A DNA stretch of 64,000 bases from Octopus vulgaris (GCA_951406725.2 OX597817.1:39928001-39992000); one strand, 5' to 3'; counted from the first letter of the stretch, positions 13,426-26,678 are shown. The notes: generated by a model from the letters alone, not told the origin. Translations and numbers: made by a program.

Positions 13426-13905
13426 AGGTGGTTAGCTGGCAGAATTGTTAGCATGCCAGGCAAAATGCTTTGTAGTATTTCATCCATCTTCCTGTTCTGA
13501 GTTCAAATGCCAGTCAGGTCAACTCTGCCTTTCGTCCTTTCTGGCTCAATAAAATAAGTACCAGTTGAGTACTGGGGCCAATATAATCTACTATCCCCCA
13601 CCCCTAAATTTCAGGCTTTGTGCCTATAGTAGAAAGGATCATTATTATTATTTTCTCAATCTAATAATAATAATAATAATATTAATAATAATCCTTCCTA
13701 CAGTAGGCACAAGGTCTGAAATTTCAGGGGAGGGGCTAGTTGATTACATCAGCTCCAGTGTTCAACTGGTACTTATTTTATCGACCCTGAAAAGATGAAA
13801 AGCAAAGTTGACCTTGGCGGAATTTGAACCTAAAATGAGAAGACAGATGAAATGCTGTGAAACATTTTGTCCGGTGTGCTAATGATTCTGCCAGCTTGAC
13901 ACCTT
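12640..13905. mobile_element. Array of tRNA-derived SINEs (family M, (ATT)n-tailed): + copies at about 12640-12786, 12891-13104, 13132-13336 and 13427-13640; one - copy at 13692-13905
   Basis: Repeated ~215-bp unit with a tRNA-like head (tggcagaatcgttag...gagttcaaattcc), the core gcctttcatcctttcggggtcgataaa..aagtaccag and a tail ...gtagaaagg(att)n. Units are separated by (ATT)n. Confidence 0.9.
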
Positions 13906-13959
13906 TAATAATAATAATAATTATAATACTGATAATAATAATATATATTGTTGGTGTAG

Positions 13960-14368
13960 CCCTCATCACCTTTTTAAAGTTCCACTCAAAAAGAAAAATG
14001 AGAGTACAGAGGGAAGTGATATGTCCCAGTGAATTTGTAAAAATGATTAGGGTGAATGAACTTACTCTGAGTATGCATCTGTTGATTGGAGAACAACAAT
14101 TGGACAAGGGCTTGTGCCTTTGTTGGTTGAGGTGATCCTAGATCTGTGGGGTTCCTTATTTGACCCTAACTGGAAGTTCTGTATCAGAACAACTGCATCA
14201 TTCATGTTTCACATATTTCATATACTATGTATCCTTTTATCTTATTTCACCTTCTTTTTCTTTTCTTTCCCCTTTCTCTTCCCTCATCTTTTATGTAGGC
14301 CCCCGCACTGTAGCCTGTCTTTGTACTGTGTTCCTCATCTCATGCCCCTGTGGCAAATAAAAGAAATC
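13960..14368 (+). mobile_element. Probable L1/Tx1-like LINE 3' end
   Basis: FLKFHSKRKMRVQREVICPSEFVK followed by a pyrimidine-rich 3' UTR ending gtggcaaataaaagaaat. A related tail occurs inverted at about 29520-29640. Confidence 0.4.
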
Positions 14369-14409
14369 ATGATTATTATTATACATGTGATGTACCATTA
14401 TTATTATCA

Positions 14410-14440
<31 letters not shown>

Positions 14441-14485
14441 TTTTTGGCATTGTTTATTTTGTCTAAATTATGCTTTGATAAACAG

Positions 14486-14788
14486 ATTCTCAAGAGTGAA
14501 GTTGAAGAGAAATCGAAATCCCTTGATGATTTGAAGCATCTCTATGGGCGGCTCACTGAGCATAACTCACAACTAAGTGACCCGATTATTCAAGCAATCC
14601 AAGAAGACTGGGAAGAAATTTTGAGCCACATTGGAAATGTCTTAGAAGCTAAAGAATGTGAGAAACATGACCGGAAAACTTTCCTCGAACATCAGATGGA
14701 AATTGATAGAGACTTGGCTAATTATGCTCAAGAATTAGAAAGGATTGAATTGGAAGAAACTCCAAAGGCTGTTGAAGATAAAATTACA
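14486..14788 (+). CDS. Spectrin-repeat gene, internal exon E (101 aa, ILKSEVEEKSKSLDDL...IQEDWEEILSHI...VEDKIT)
   Basis: aaacAG acceptor, ACA|GTAAGT donor, 303 nt, phase 0/0. Helix-C motif 'I...W..L'. Forms the coding core of ORF 14114..14911. Confidence 0.9.
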
Positions 14789-15019
14789 GTAAGTGTACTT
14801 TTTCTTTTACATTTTTTTTATTTTGTCTTTTTATATTTTATTTCTTGTTTTTATTCTTCGTTTTATTATTGGGAAGAATATTGGAAAAATAGGCAGATTT
14901 GTTTTCTGTAAATATGAAAAGGTCAGTTATGAATTTACCATTCATTCTTCATGCAAGATGATGCTGTATTGATTTGGTATGCTATATGATGTTGTACAGG
15001 CATTAAATGACTAGGTGGA

Positions 15020-15054
<35 letters not shown>

Positions 15055-15255
15055 CTATATATATATATACACACACACACACATTCATACATATATACAC
15101 ACACATATTAATATGTCAGTATACATTCATATATTTGATACCTTGTGTATACAATAGATATACAACCGCTGTTGTTATGTTTAAAGCTCCATGTAGATTA
15201 TCATATTCCAGTCTGCATGCAGTATTGTGGTTAAGTAACTACTATACTTAGTAGT

Positions 15256-15517
15256 ATTAATAATAAATATATGTGCCCTTTTAAAGCCTAGCCAGGCTCA
15301 TGGGCCCGGTTTCCGAGTTTCAATGGTGTATGTGTTCCCCAGCTGAACGGGACGCCAGTCCATTGCAGCGTTACTCATTTTTGCCAGCTGAGTGGACTGG
15401 AGCAACGTGAAATGAAGTGTTTTGCTCAAGAACACAACGCGTCACCCAGTCCAGGAGTCAAAACCACAATCTTACGGTCATGATGCTGACACCCTAACCA
15501 CTAAGCCACGCGCCTCC
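15256..15517 (-). mobile_element. tRNA-derived SINE family C (V-domain-like segment) with a 12-bp TSD
   Basis: Head ggaggcgcgtggcttagtggttaggg, internal atggactggcgtcccg. TSD atacttagtagt at 15244-15255 and 15518-15529. Related heads at 8730-9060(-), 23331-23630(+), 54992-55325(+) and 61755-61850(+). Confidence 0.85.
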
Positions 15518-16106
15518 ATACTTAGTAGTGTTTGGAACCCTGTTTTGGGTGTCCTCTGTAACTTAATGCAATAAAGTGTTCAAGCAGCTGTAATAGTGAA
15601 ACATATGTAGGAACTAATAACATAAACTTGTGTTTATCTTAATTTCTCCTATATTCATGAGGGGTTTGGTTCATTGGTGATCTAAGTGAATAGTTTCAGT
15701 AAAAAAGACCGATAGGATTACTAGGCTTACATAGAGTAAGTCCTGAGGTTGATTTGTTTGACTAAAGGCGGTGCTCCAGCATGGCCGCAGTCAAATGATT
15801 GAAACAAATAAAATAGAGTAAAAAAGAATATATATATGTATATATATATATATGTATATATATGTATGTGTATATATCTATATCTATGTATATATATATA
15901 TATATATATATAATCTTAATGTAAGAGTTGTGAAGTATATTCAAGTGCATTTTACATTGTACAAATACAATCTTATATAGAAATAAATATGTTTGTTTGA
16001 GTGGCCCAGCCTGAGGTGAAACTCAGAGTACACTCTTAACTTTTGATGCAATAACACACACGTATACGCGTGCGTGTATGTACACACATACATGCATGTA
16101 TACATG

Positions 16107-16139
<33 letters not shown>

Positions 16140-16249
16140 TGAGAAGCACACATCTTTTAAGGAAGAGTATCACTGGCCTGAGAGAAATGGTCAGTATAGT
16201 AGTATTCCCAATGCAAAGAATGGTCAACATGTGTGAAAGATGGAATAAA

Positions 16250-16420
16250 ACGTATTTAAATAACTGGCCATCAAAGATATTGGCTAACATCAGCTTCTCT
16301 GATATGGCCACATCATGTGAATATATCATACATGCTAAAATGATTTAATGGAAGCAAAGTGGAAGTTAGAGTTAAAGACAGGCCAATGAAAACTTGTTAA
16401 GAACTGTTTTCTGAGACTTT
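16250..16420 (+). mobile_element. Decayed RTE-like LINE C-terminal remnant
   Basis: QLL*YGHIM*...EVRVKDRPMKT resembles the RTE-clade 'RLRWYGHVMR...G.R.RGRP.KTW' ending. Confidence 0.4.
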
Positions 16421-18292
16421 AGTGCAGATAATTTAGATTTAGAAATAACCAAATATGTTAAGTGTAAGTTCATTGAGTAAAATTTCTGCTCTGTCTTGTG
16501 TATTAAGAGAAATTGCAAAAATTTATTGGTCGGCTTGATGTGAATTTAAATGAATGTGAGGCTCATCTTGGTTAGTTCATACATGCTGATGTTTTGTTTT
16601 TTTTTTGTATAATATATTATCTATATCCCTTTATTCATTCAGTGTTCCTCATTCCTTAATTCTGCTGTTCATCAAGAATAAGTTTTCTTTTTATATCCAT
16701 TAGCAAATTAGAAATTCACAACATCTCAAAAAAATGCAGTTATATCAAAATAGAATTTTTTATTTTCCATCTTATCTATTTATTTTGCGTTAATGTAATC
16801 GTAAGCATCAAAGAATCACAGAACAAGAAAGTAAGTGTTTGGCAAGCCAAGTGTGTAGCCTTGGTTTTGATTACTTGTTGTAGCTATCTCACTTTACTTA
16901 TGGTGTTATCAATGTCAGGAATATTTCCCTATTCTGCAATGTAAATAGCACTAATTATCCATTAACGGCTTCATCTGATTGTAGAATGTCAAGCCATTGA
17001 GACTATTTATCACACTCGAGGAAATAAATAAAGTATTGAATTATGGACATAAGATTGTTTAAAAATGACAAGAATTGTATTCACAATTTCTTCACACTGT
17101 CCGATATTTGTTCATATTATCACTTGTGGCAGTCTTGAAGACTTGAAAGAGACTGGCTTGATGTAGCTGAATAGAAGATCTATAGGAAGGTGTTTATGTA
17201 ATACTCTGTTGGTTTAAAGCTAACAATATACAGATAATGTACATTATTACTGTAGGAGACATTTACTTGGAAGCTCATTCACTTATTTAACTTCTTCAAG
17301 ACACCTAAGCCACTCACCAAATACTTGATGTTAGTTACAGAATGTTACATGACAAATTACTTGCTCTCAAGTGGAATATATATATCCTGCTTTTTAGAAT
17401 TCAATGAAAGGTATTACAGCTGCTATTGTTGTTGAATATAGCCAGAATTCTAAACTATCATTTAATGTTATTTAACTATAAATACACAATACCTAGACAA
17501 AATGTCGGTCTTCTTGGAAGTAAATTATGCGAGCTGGCTATCTTGTTGATATAAATTTAAATCTATATCATGCCTTTGTAGATATATAATCTATCAAAGA
17601 GTTTTAGTCCTGAAAAAGTTATGCCTTTGACTTGAGCTTAAAATCTAATTGCAGTTATTTTTACTTTTTGCTTCATTGAGGTTCATTAAAAATCTTACAC
17701 TTCATTGATTTAATTTATCTTGTTCCTTCACCTACAAATATGTGTTTGGTATAAATCAAAAGAAATTGTTATCATTAGTGTTGATGGTTGAGTGTTGAAA
17801 CATTAAACTGCAGTCCCTGTAACCTTGACATAATACTGAAAGTGATAAATAATTGGAACATGTATATTGAAAATATATGGCTTCAACTCTGTGGCTTCAA
17901 CACCAACCTCCAGGTGACCAAGGACTCTAATTACACTCTTCTAAATTTAATCTCTATATCATTGTTTTGTAAAAGTAGCAAGAATTATTGGAATACATGT
18001 TCAACATAGCTGTATAAGCCACCAATGTGCTGCCACTGAATGAAAGCATACAGAACAGTTTTCTCACTCTGCACACATCTTGTTCAAGCCCTGTTGATAG
18101 CACTGTCATATGTACAGGGTTTATTCTGAATCAACAATGGCTAGGAATTTCTTGAAATTGCCTAAAGACCAGGCTGAAAGTAGTTTGGAATAAGCTGTTC
18201 ATCTAACCTTTGTCAATGTCTAGATTCTATCCAAGAATGTCATAACTTCTGGTCACAACTAAACATTTATAGATTGCAGTGGTTGATATACC

Positions 18293-18511
18293 TATTTCTT
18301 TACTATCCACAAGGAGCTAAACACAGAGAGGACAAACGGATTAAGTCAATTAGATTGACCCCAGTGCGTAACTGGTACTTATTTAATCGACCCCGAAAGG
18401 ATGAAAGGCAAAGTCAACCTCAGCGGAATTTGAACTCAGAATGTAACAGCAGACGAAATACCGCTAAGCATTTCGCCCGGTGTGGTAACGTTTCTGCCAG
18501 CTCGCCACCTT
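18293..18511 (-). mobile_element. Family-M SINE with an alternative 3' tail and a 15-bp TSD
   Basis: Direct repeat agtggttgatatacc at 18278-18292 and 18512-18526. Confidence 0.9.
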
Positions 18512-20432
18512 AGTGGTTGATATACCACTGACTAGTAGAAAACTACAAGTAACTGATAGCATTCCAGATAATGATAATCCTCCGCCAGTTGCCATAGTAT
18601 ATTTTTTTCAATAAATTTATGTTTGTAGTATAAGGCATATTCAATGGTTACTTACTTAAGCCTTTCCCTCCCTATGGAGCATAAACCATCAATGACTATT
18701 GTCCTCCCTTCTTGGTTTTGGGTGGGTTTTTTTCTGCTTCTCTGAGGGATGGCCTTGTTCTCTCAAGTTTTTGAATTATCATCAATGCTTCTGTAACTTC
18801 ACTTTTTTCTATGTAGAAGCACTGTCCTATATGAATCCATTTTTATCTCTAGAAGGTGTTATTAATCTTATCTCCATCCTTTCTTCAGTCTAGTATGGGA
18901 GGCCCTTAGTAGGAACTCATGCTCGGCTGGTGCAGCTCTCTAGGGTCATTGAAGCACACAGCCATTGCACTGCAAGAAGGACCAGACCTTGTGATAGATA
19001 TTTTATAGTAAAAGAATATATATTCAAGAACACAAGCTTTTGTAATCAATACTTCACATAGAAACGATAGCACATACTTCCAGAGTTGGTGATGTAAATT
19101 ATTTGAGAATAACAGCTGAGTGAGTTGTTAGGCTGATAGTCTACTAGCCAAAGGGTAGATAGTTTGTATTCTGTTTCTAACACTTTACCTAATTCTTTGA
19201 TAAAGACATTAACGTCTCTATGACTCAACTTGCTTAGCTGTAAATAGGTACCATCGGCAAGTACAATTCTATAGTGAAATAAGAAATCAAGCAGTGAAGT
19301 GGGATGGTGGAAAGTACTATATAATTCATAGCTTTACTTTTTTGCTATTTTGCAAGGTTGCACAAAAAAAAATCTTCCCATGGAGACCCACTCCAGCACA
19401 TCTTCCTGTGAATTACTTCACGAAGACGAAATCTATTATGCTGCCAGCCCCTACACCTACCTAATCAATTATTGATAGATTATTTGCTGAATAGATGATT
19501 TCAGTGTCACACCTTGAAATACATTGTTTGTGGATTCACCTTAAGTAAATAATGGCATCAAGTCATTCCTTTGTATTAAAAAAAAAAGAAAAACAACAAT
19601 AATAATAATAACAATAAAGAATGATAAAAAGATAAGATGGAAATGGTGATTGCATTCTTAGAAGAATTGTGACGATTGTGTCGATTCAAATCTAAACTCT
19701 GGCATTATGTTATGTCCTTAGGTAAAGCACATCATTCACTTTATGAATATAGGAAAACATATTAAAGTGAAATAAGAAAAGAGATTGATTTTATAGATTC
19801 CTCTCCATTTTGTTTTATTTTATTTTATTCTTTTTTCATTTTTTTCTTTTTTGTTTTGTGTTGTTGTGTATATCTAATTTATTCCAAATCCTCTTCTGTC
19901 TTTCATTCTTTTATCCCACCTTACTTTTATTCAGTTTTCTTAATGGAATTGTAAAATATTAAATTTCTGATATTTATTGTCTATAACTTGTGTATGGACG
20001 TGTGTGTGTGAGTGTGTGTATGTTTGTGTGTGTGAGAGAGAGATAGTGTGTGTGTGTATGTATATATATTTAAAATGATATTAATATGCAAACTTATTCT
20101 TCACCAGTTGTTCAACTCTTGTTACATTATTTGCCTAAACAATTTCTCTGAAAATTTTTGTAGATTGTGCATATATTTGTTTGTTTGTCTATTCATTTTA
20201 CATCTGTTTGTTTTACTACTAGCATGGGTTAGATGAATACATATTATCAAAGCAATGGTTAACAGCCAGCTGCCCTTCCTGCTAGTAATTTTTGTGTTTT
20301 TCAAGTAAGGGAGTTTTTATTCCATCCATCTTTGAAAGTGCCGAGCTACAGGATAATTTGATGACAGGGAAATGGAACAGAGAATACTGTCTGGTAGTTC
20401 TGTGTTTTCAAAGATGTGTGGAATTGAAATTA

Positions 20433-20998
20433 TTGGGTTGTCTGGAAAGTTCATGCCGAATTTTAAAGGAAAGAAAAATGTCAATAAATACTTGCCATTA
20501 CATTTTTAATCAACCAAATATGAACCATTTTGTTGCACAATGCGTCTCCATCTTTTCTTTAACTTGAAAATACCGTCTTCCCAGAATTGAGTGGGTTTCA
20601 TGGCAAAGAATTCATCAAGGTATCTTTTTACGTCGTCCAAGGAATTGAAATTTTTACCATTAAGACTATTCTGCAGAGATCTGAATAAGTGGAAATCCGA
20701 AGGAGCAATATCTGGTGAATATGGAGGGTAGGGTAACATATCCCAGCTGAGCTGCAGCAATTTTTGTCTGGTTCCCAAAGCATCAAGTGCCGAAAATGAC
20801 CTTTCTTATCTTCCATTTTAAAGGGTTACAAAATTAACACGGGTTATAGGAACATAAACCTTCTTCCACGGAAAGATAGCTTAAACTGTGCTCTAAATGG
20901 AGTTGCAGTCAAATCTTATTTAATGGACTCAACCATGTTCTAAAATAAGTCGAAAGGTAAGCTACTATAAATCGGCACAAACTTTCCGGACAACCCAA
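20433..20998 (-). mobile_element. Internally deleted mariner (DD34D) element, mellifera-subfamily-like
   Basis: TA on both sides. TIRs ttgggttgtctggaaagttcatgccga / ttgggttgtccggaaagtttgtgccga (24/27 identical). Transposase N-terminus MEDKKGHFRHLML is joined directly to the C-terminus ...LPYPPYSPDIAPSDFHLFRSLQNSLNGKNF... Confidence 0.93.
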
Positions 20999-21153
20999 TA
21001 CTTTATTTATAAAATGGGTAGACATAGCAAAATGGCAGACATTTAACTGTAAAACACTGCCTCAACAATATTTATTCACCTAATGCTGCCATAGAAAAAT
21101 AGACACAAACAAAATGAATAAATGAGTGTGTGCATATTTGTACACATACACAA

Positions 21154-21194
<41 letters not shown>

Positions 21195-21235
21195 CATATA
21201 TATTAAATGATATGAGTATGGGGGTTTACATTCAG

Positions 21236-21298
21236 GACTTAAAGTCTCTGTGTGAACAATTCAAGGAACATTGCACATCTTTAGCTGGTGCAAGTATG
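21236..21298 (+). CDS. Spectrin-repeat gene, short internal exon F (about 21 aa, DLKSLCEQFKEHCTSLAGASM)
   Basis: ttcAG acceptor in phase 0 that continues helix B from exon E (VEDKIT|DLKSLCEQFKEH). The donor is ambiguous: ATG|GTACAT after 21298 (phase 0), a GC donor GGT|GCAAGT after 21289 (phase 0), or A|GTATGG after 21293 (phase 1). Confidence 0.6.
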
Positions 21299-21389
21299 GT
21301 ACATGTACTACCAGTGATTACAAAACACAAATAATAAAAACAGGTACCACTGGTGAGCAGTAAAAAAGACCCCTTGGACATTAGTTACT

Positions 21390-21599
21390 CTTTTACTTGT
21401 TTCAGTCATTTGACTGCGGCCATGCAGGAGCACCACCTTTAGTCGACAAATCAACCCCTAGTACTTATTCTATCGGTCTCTTTTGCTGAACTACTAAGTT
21501 ACGGGGAACGTAAACACACCACCATTGGTTGTCAAGCAATGTTGGGGGGGACAAACACAGACACACAAACATATACATACACATACATACATACATACA

Positions 21600-21667
<68 letters not shown>

Positions 21668-21810
21668 TACGATGGGATTCTTTCAGTTTCTGTCTATACC
21701 AAATCCACTCACAAAGCTTTAGTAGAAGACACTTGCCCAAGGTGCCATGCAGTGAGAATGAGCCTGGAACCATGTGGTTGGTAAGCAAGCATCTTACCAC
21801 ACAGCCACTC
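21390..21810 (-). mobile_element. SINE family A copy just downstream of exon F
   Basis: Reverse complement of the 10661-11085 element. Confidence 0.85.
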
Positions 21811-21846
21811 TTGCACGTATAGTTAGATCATTCAACAGAAACAACT

Positions 21847-21893
<47 letters not shown>

Positions 21894-23273
21894 ACTGGCA
21901 TGGGTGCAAGTATGCTGGTGGAATGTAAAAAGCACCCCTTGAACTTTGGGCCTCATGGAGGCAGTGACAGATGACTGAGACCTTTGGCAATATGCCAAGC
22001 TTGAGAAGACCTGTCAAGCCAAGTGAGATCATAGTTGTGGCTGATGCTGGTGTTTTGTAACTGGCATGTAAAAAGCACCCACTACACTCTTAGAGTGGTT
22101 GGCGTTAGGAAGGGCATCTGGCTGTAGAAACATGCCAGATCAGATTGGAGCCTAGTGCTCCTCCCCGGCTTACCAGCTTTTAGTCAAACCATCAGAATGG
22201 AAAACAGACATTAAATGATGATGATGATATATATACATGCATGTGTGTATGTGTGTGCATGCACACACATACACACACAAACACACATGCGCGCGCGCAC
22301 ACACACACACACACACGCGTATATACATACATACTAGTTGAAGTAGCTGCTCTTCAATCTTACAATATATTTGATTCTACACTCTGCATTGATTCACCCC
22401 ATTTGTAGATGTTCTGTTGTTATTCTAAAACTCACTTGAAAATAATAATCTAAATTTAACATTTACGTCTAAACATACATATATATGTATTATGTGTGTG
22501 TGTGTGTGTGTGTGTGTGTATGGCATTTCTTTAAATGCTATGCTCTCTGTCCTTCATAAGTATTGATATTTGCATCAAGATGTCTTGAATTGTGTCTGGA
22601 AATCTCTCCTATTAATAGCATATATCATCTGAACAGTTTTCCGCTTGTACATACTCTTATACATAATGACAATTATCATTACATTTTTTTTTAAACACAT
22701 AATACCTTAATTAATAAGTAATTACCACGAGATATAATTATGAGGTTAGAGTTGGCCATTGCTGAAATTATGTCTTCCTAGTAAGCATCAGAGAAACAAT
22801 TGCTTCAACACTATTGTTTATGCTTGATGTATGATGTGTTGGATATATTTGGTGAAACCGCATCAAAAAGTAATGTTAAACCAAAACCAAGTTAGCAGTA
22901 AATAAAATTGCTAACACATTTGCAATTCCTCATTTTCAGTCATTTCACATTATTTGTCTTATTAATTTGCTTTGGAAAGACATTAACGTAACAAATTCTC
23001 GTTTATCCTTTCATAATGTTACCTCATGTCGACATATCTGGTTGTGGTATAAATAGCTGAGAGACCGGTGAGTGTGCATGATGTATATATGTGAACGTGT
23101 TTATTTATGCGTTGTATATGATGTGTGTCGCTGAACATGCAGGATTGTGTGTATGTATGTAAACAAAGTGTGTATGAATATGAGCATAGTTGTATATATG
23201 TATATATAGCCATATTTGTATAACTGATACTAGGCATGTATATATGTGAACTGGTATGTGTATGTTTGTATAC

Positions 23274-23326
<53 letters not shown>

Positions 23327-24074
23327 CATGTGGAGGCACAATAGCCTAGTGGTTAGAGCAGTGAACTCGCGGTCGTAGGATCGCGGTTTCGATTCCCAGA
23401 CCGGGCGTTGTGTGTGTTTATTGAGCGAAAACACCTTAAAGCACCACGAGGCTCCGGCAGGGGGTGGTGATCCCTGCTGTACTCTTTCACCACTCTTTCT
23501 CTCACTCTTTCTTCTGTTGGCCTGCTCGCTTAGCCAGCGGGGTGGCGTCATTCGAAGGCTAAAACAATGCGAACGCATTGTGACCAGCGATGTATAGCAA
23601 CATCTGATGGTCTGGTCGGTCACGTGATCACATATACATACACACACACACACATACATATATATTAAATCATTATTTTAATTTCCTTTGTTTCATGCTA
23701 GCATGCATTGGGTGAAATTTTTAGAGGTAGATTTTCTGCAGTGTGGATGTCCTTTATGTTGCCAACCCACACCTTTTTTGAAAGAAGATAATATTCCCCT
23801 ATGGCCAGACATGTTTTTACAGGATATTGCAAATGAATGACATTCACTTACAATATTCGTGCAATGTCAAGACTAGAAGACACAACCATTAGACAGGATT
23901 TGGATAAAAACTATTTATTTAGTGGATTAAATGGATGGAAGTACTAAATAAATATTTTTGCTTTTTATCCATATCTTGACTCCCTCTTTTTCTTAATGTA
24001 CATAAGATATTTGAGAACAGATTAATGTATATAAAAAAAAAGAAAAACAGATATATAATAACAGATAACTTTAT

Positions 24075-24910
24075 TTATCAAATAAAATAAACCTTTTCTA
24101 TAATGTTATTCAATAAAGCCACCTTCAGCTTCAACAAATGCTTCTATATGACATCTAAATCATCTACATTCTCAAATCAAGTGGTCTGGGTTAATTTTGG
24201 ACATTACTCTGACTGTGGAAGCTTTCAAAGAACCTTTGGTGTAATGGGCATGTTCATTGGCTTCTCTCTCAACAACACTCCACATGGATTGAAATCTGTG
24301 GAATTAGAAGGCCAAATGTTAGGGGTTATGTGATCATGAAAATTTTCAGCCATCCATTCCTGTGTTACTAGAAGCATGTGTGATAGTGCAGAGTCTTACT
24401 GAAACACATATGGCCTTCCATTGAATACACTGTCTATTCAAGGCTTAACAATTATTTCCAGAACCTCAGTGTAGGCAGCAGGATTAACTCTAAGGCCTTG
24501 GGAAAAGAAGTAAGGAAGCATCACATGTCCTTCATTGCTGATAACCCCTAAAACTATGACAGTTGCAGGAAATTTTATATACATGACACTTGAAACTTCT
24601 GATGGGTCTGCACATAACCATCTGTCATTTCTTCTGTTAACTTTTTGATCTTGGTCAAAGTTTTTCTCATTTTAGAAAAACCAAATCAAATTTCCTGCTG
24701 GATTTTTCAGTTTATTTAAGAGCATTTTAGATCTGATGTAGTGTTTTCTTTTGCTTTTTCTGACAAATTGACCTTTCCTCATCAAATAAGTCTTATATCT
24801 GATGTCTTTGTGGATAAAATTTCTGACTATTCCTTCTGACACATGGAGATAATTTGCAATTGACCTCATAGACATTCTAGGATTGTAATCAATGGTCTGT
24901 TGAACTTACT
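24075..24910 (-). mobile_element. Degenerate Tc1/mariner-superfamily transposase remnant (DD37D/maT-like)
   Basis: Minus-strand translation with frameshifts and stops: SMRSIANYLHVSEGIV (HTH), WFF..DEKNFDQDQKVNRRNDRW, VLGVISNEGHVM, FQ*DSA..H, NFHDHITPNIWPSNS. Confidence 0.85.
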
Positions 24911-25310
24911 GGAGAGTACATATAAAAATTGACCAGATGAGATGAGAGAAGTAAGAGAAGAGATGTTTATTCCATTAGTTGACAGCTGGTTTGCAATGTA
25001 TGTTAGTTACATAAGTGTCACTTATGTAGCCTCATCCATCACATCACACACACAACCATAGATAAACAAACTACACTTTTGAACTTTTCACGGCACTGCA
25101 GGTTAAATCACTAGCCTGTATATGTCAGGCTTCTTTTAGGTACCATCTACTAAATTCACTCACAAGGTTTTGATTGACCTGGGAATATAGTAGGAGACAC
25201 TTGTGTAAGGTGTCATGTGGTGGGACTGAATCTGGAATCAGGCTATCAAGGAGATGTGGTTGTTATTTCTAGCAAACTTCCCAACCATATTTGTATAGTT
25301 AAGAAGTTTA

Positions 25311-25342
<32 letters not shown>

Positions 25343-26646
25343 CACACACACATATATATATGAATAGGTATGTAACTATGTTTATATATATATGTGAACG
25401 AGTGTGTATATGAGTACACACACACATAATGTTTACTACACTAGCACTGTTTCTAATTCATATTTGAATTTATTCTATTCTATATATATATATTGCACAC
25501 ACACACACACACATATATACAAGTGTGTGTGTATGTATATATGTCTATGTATATATCTATCTATACATATATCTATCTATCTATCTATATCGATCTATCT
25601 ATATATATATATATATTACACACATGTGTGTAAACAAATGTGTCTGTATGTAAGCAAATAAATAGATGCTTTTATTATCTGTCTGACTCCAACAATGGAA
25701 AATATTGAAGGCTTGGTAGTTTAACTTTAAAATGAATTTAACATTTTACTTACATTTTTTTTAACATACATTGTATTTGTTATTGTTAAACACAATTATG
25801 GATTAACATTGCTTTATGCATTATAAATTCTATGTTAACAGGCTGACTATAAGTAACGTTATTTCTACGCATATAAAGAATTTCATAGCAATTTGTAAAG
25901 CATTTTATAAGAATCCTATGCACATCAACTCAATTATCACATTTCTATTTACTTAACATCTATTTTGTATTTTCCTGTATCATTAGAGAAAGAACATCTA
26001 AACCTTATCTTCCTTTCAAAATATTAGCATTTCCAAAGTCAATATCTTTTTCCATCTGTTGAACAGACTAGCATTTATTTATTTAATCATAAATCTATCT
26101 ATCTATCTATTTATTTATTTATTCATTCATTCATTTATGACCTGTTCTAGTCCGTCGGCCATTTTTTCTTTTCATTTACATGCGCTGCCAATTTTCTTCA
26201 TAACTTTCCTTTAGCATCTAAAGTTTGTGGTCATTTTATTTAGAAGTTGTTTAACTCTATCAATACTTAAAGATTTTTGCTCAATGGAGATATCCTGTTT
26301 ACTTAGTTTTATCTATATATATAATCTGTTTTGGCCCAAACCCGGCATCCAACGTGTATCAGAATGATTGATTCATTGAAAGCTATGCATTTTGTAATGT
26401 TTGATCTTGTTCAATATTTGGTATATTCATCAGATAGTTTTATGCAATATTTCTGCTTCAGTATTTAGCTAGGCTAGGGCCAGCCAACTGCAGTTGAATG
26501 CTCTGCATGTCAAAATTAGAATTGTCCACTTTTAGACAATATTTTCCTGAGAGTATTAAATTTATTTTCCCTGTTTACTTTCTCAATTTTAATAGTGTTT
26601 GTCCTTCTCACTCTCTACTTCTCTCTCTCTCTTTCTCTGTCTATCC

Positions 26647-26678
<32 letters not shown>

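Noticed and set aside
23331-23405. tRNA gene candidate (also other SINE heads)
   Set aside because: It has A/B boxes but continues into a SINE body, and the acceptor stem does not pair convincingly. Treated as a tRNA-derived SINE head.
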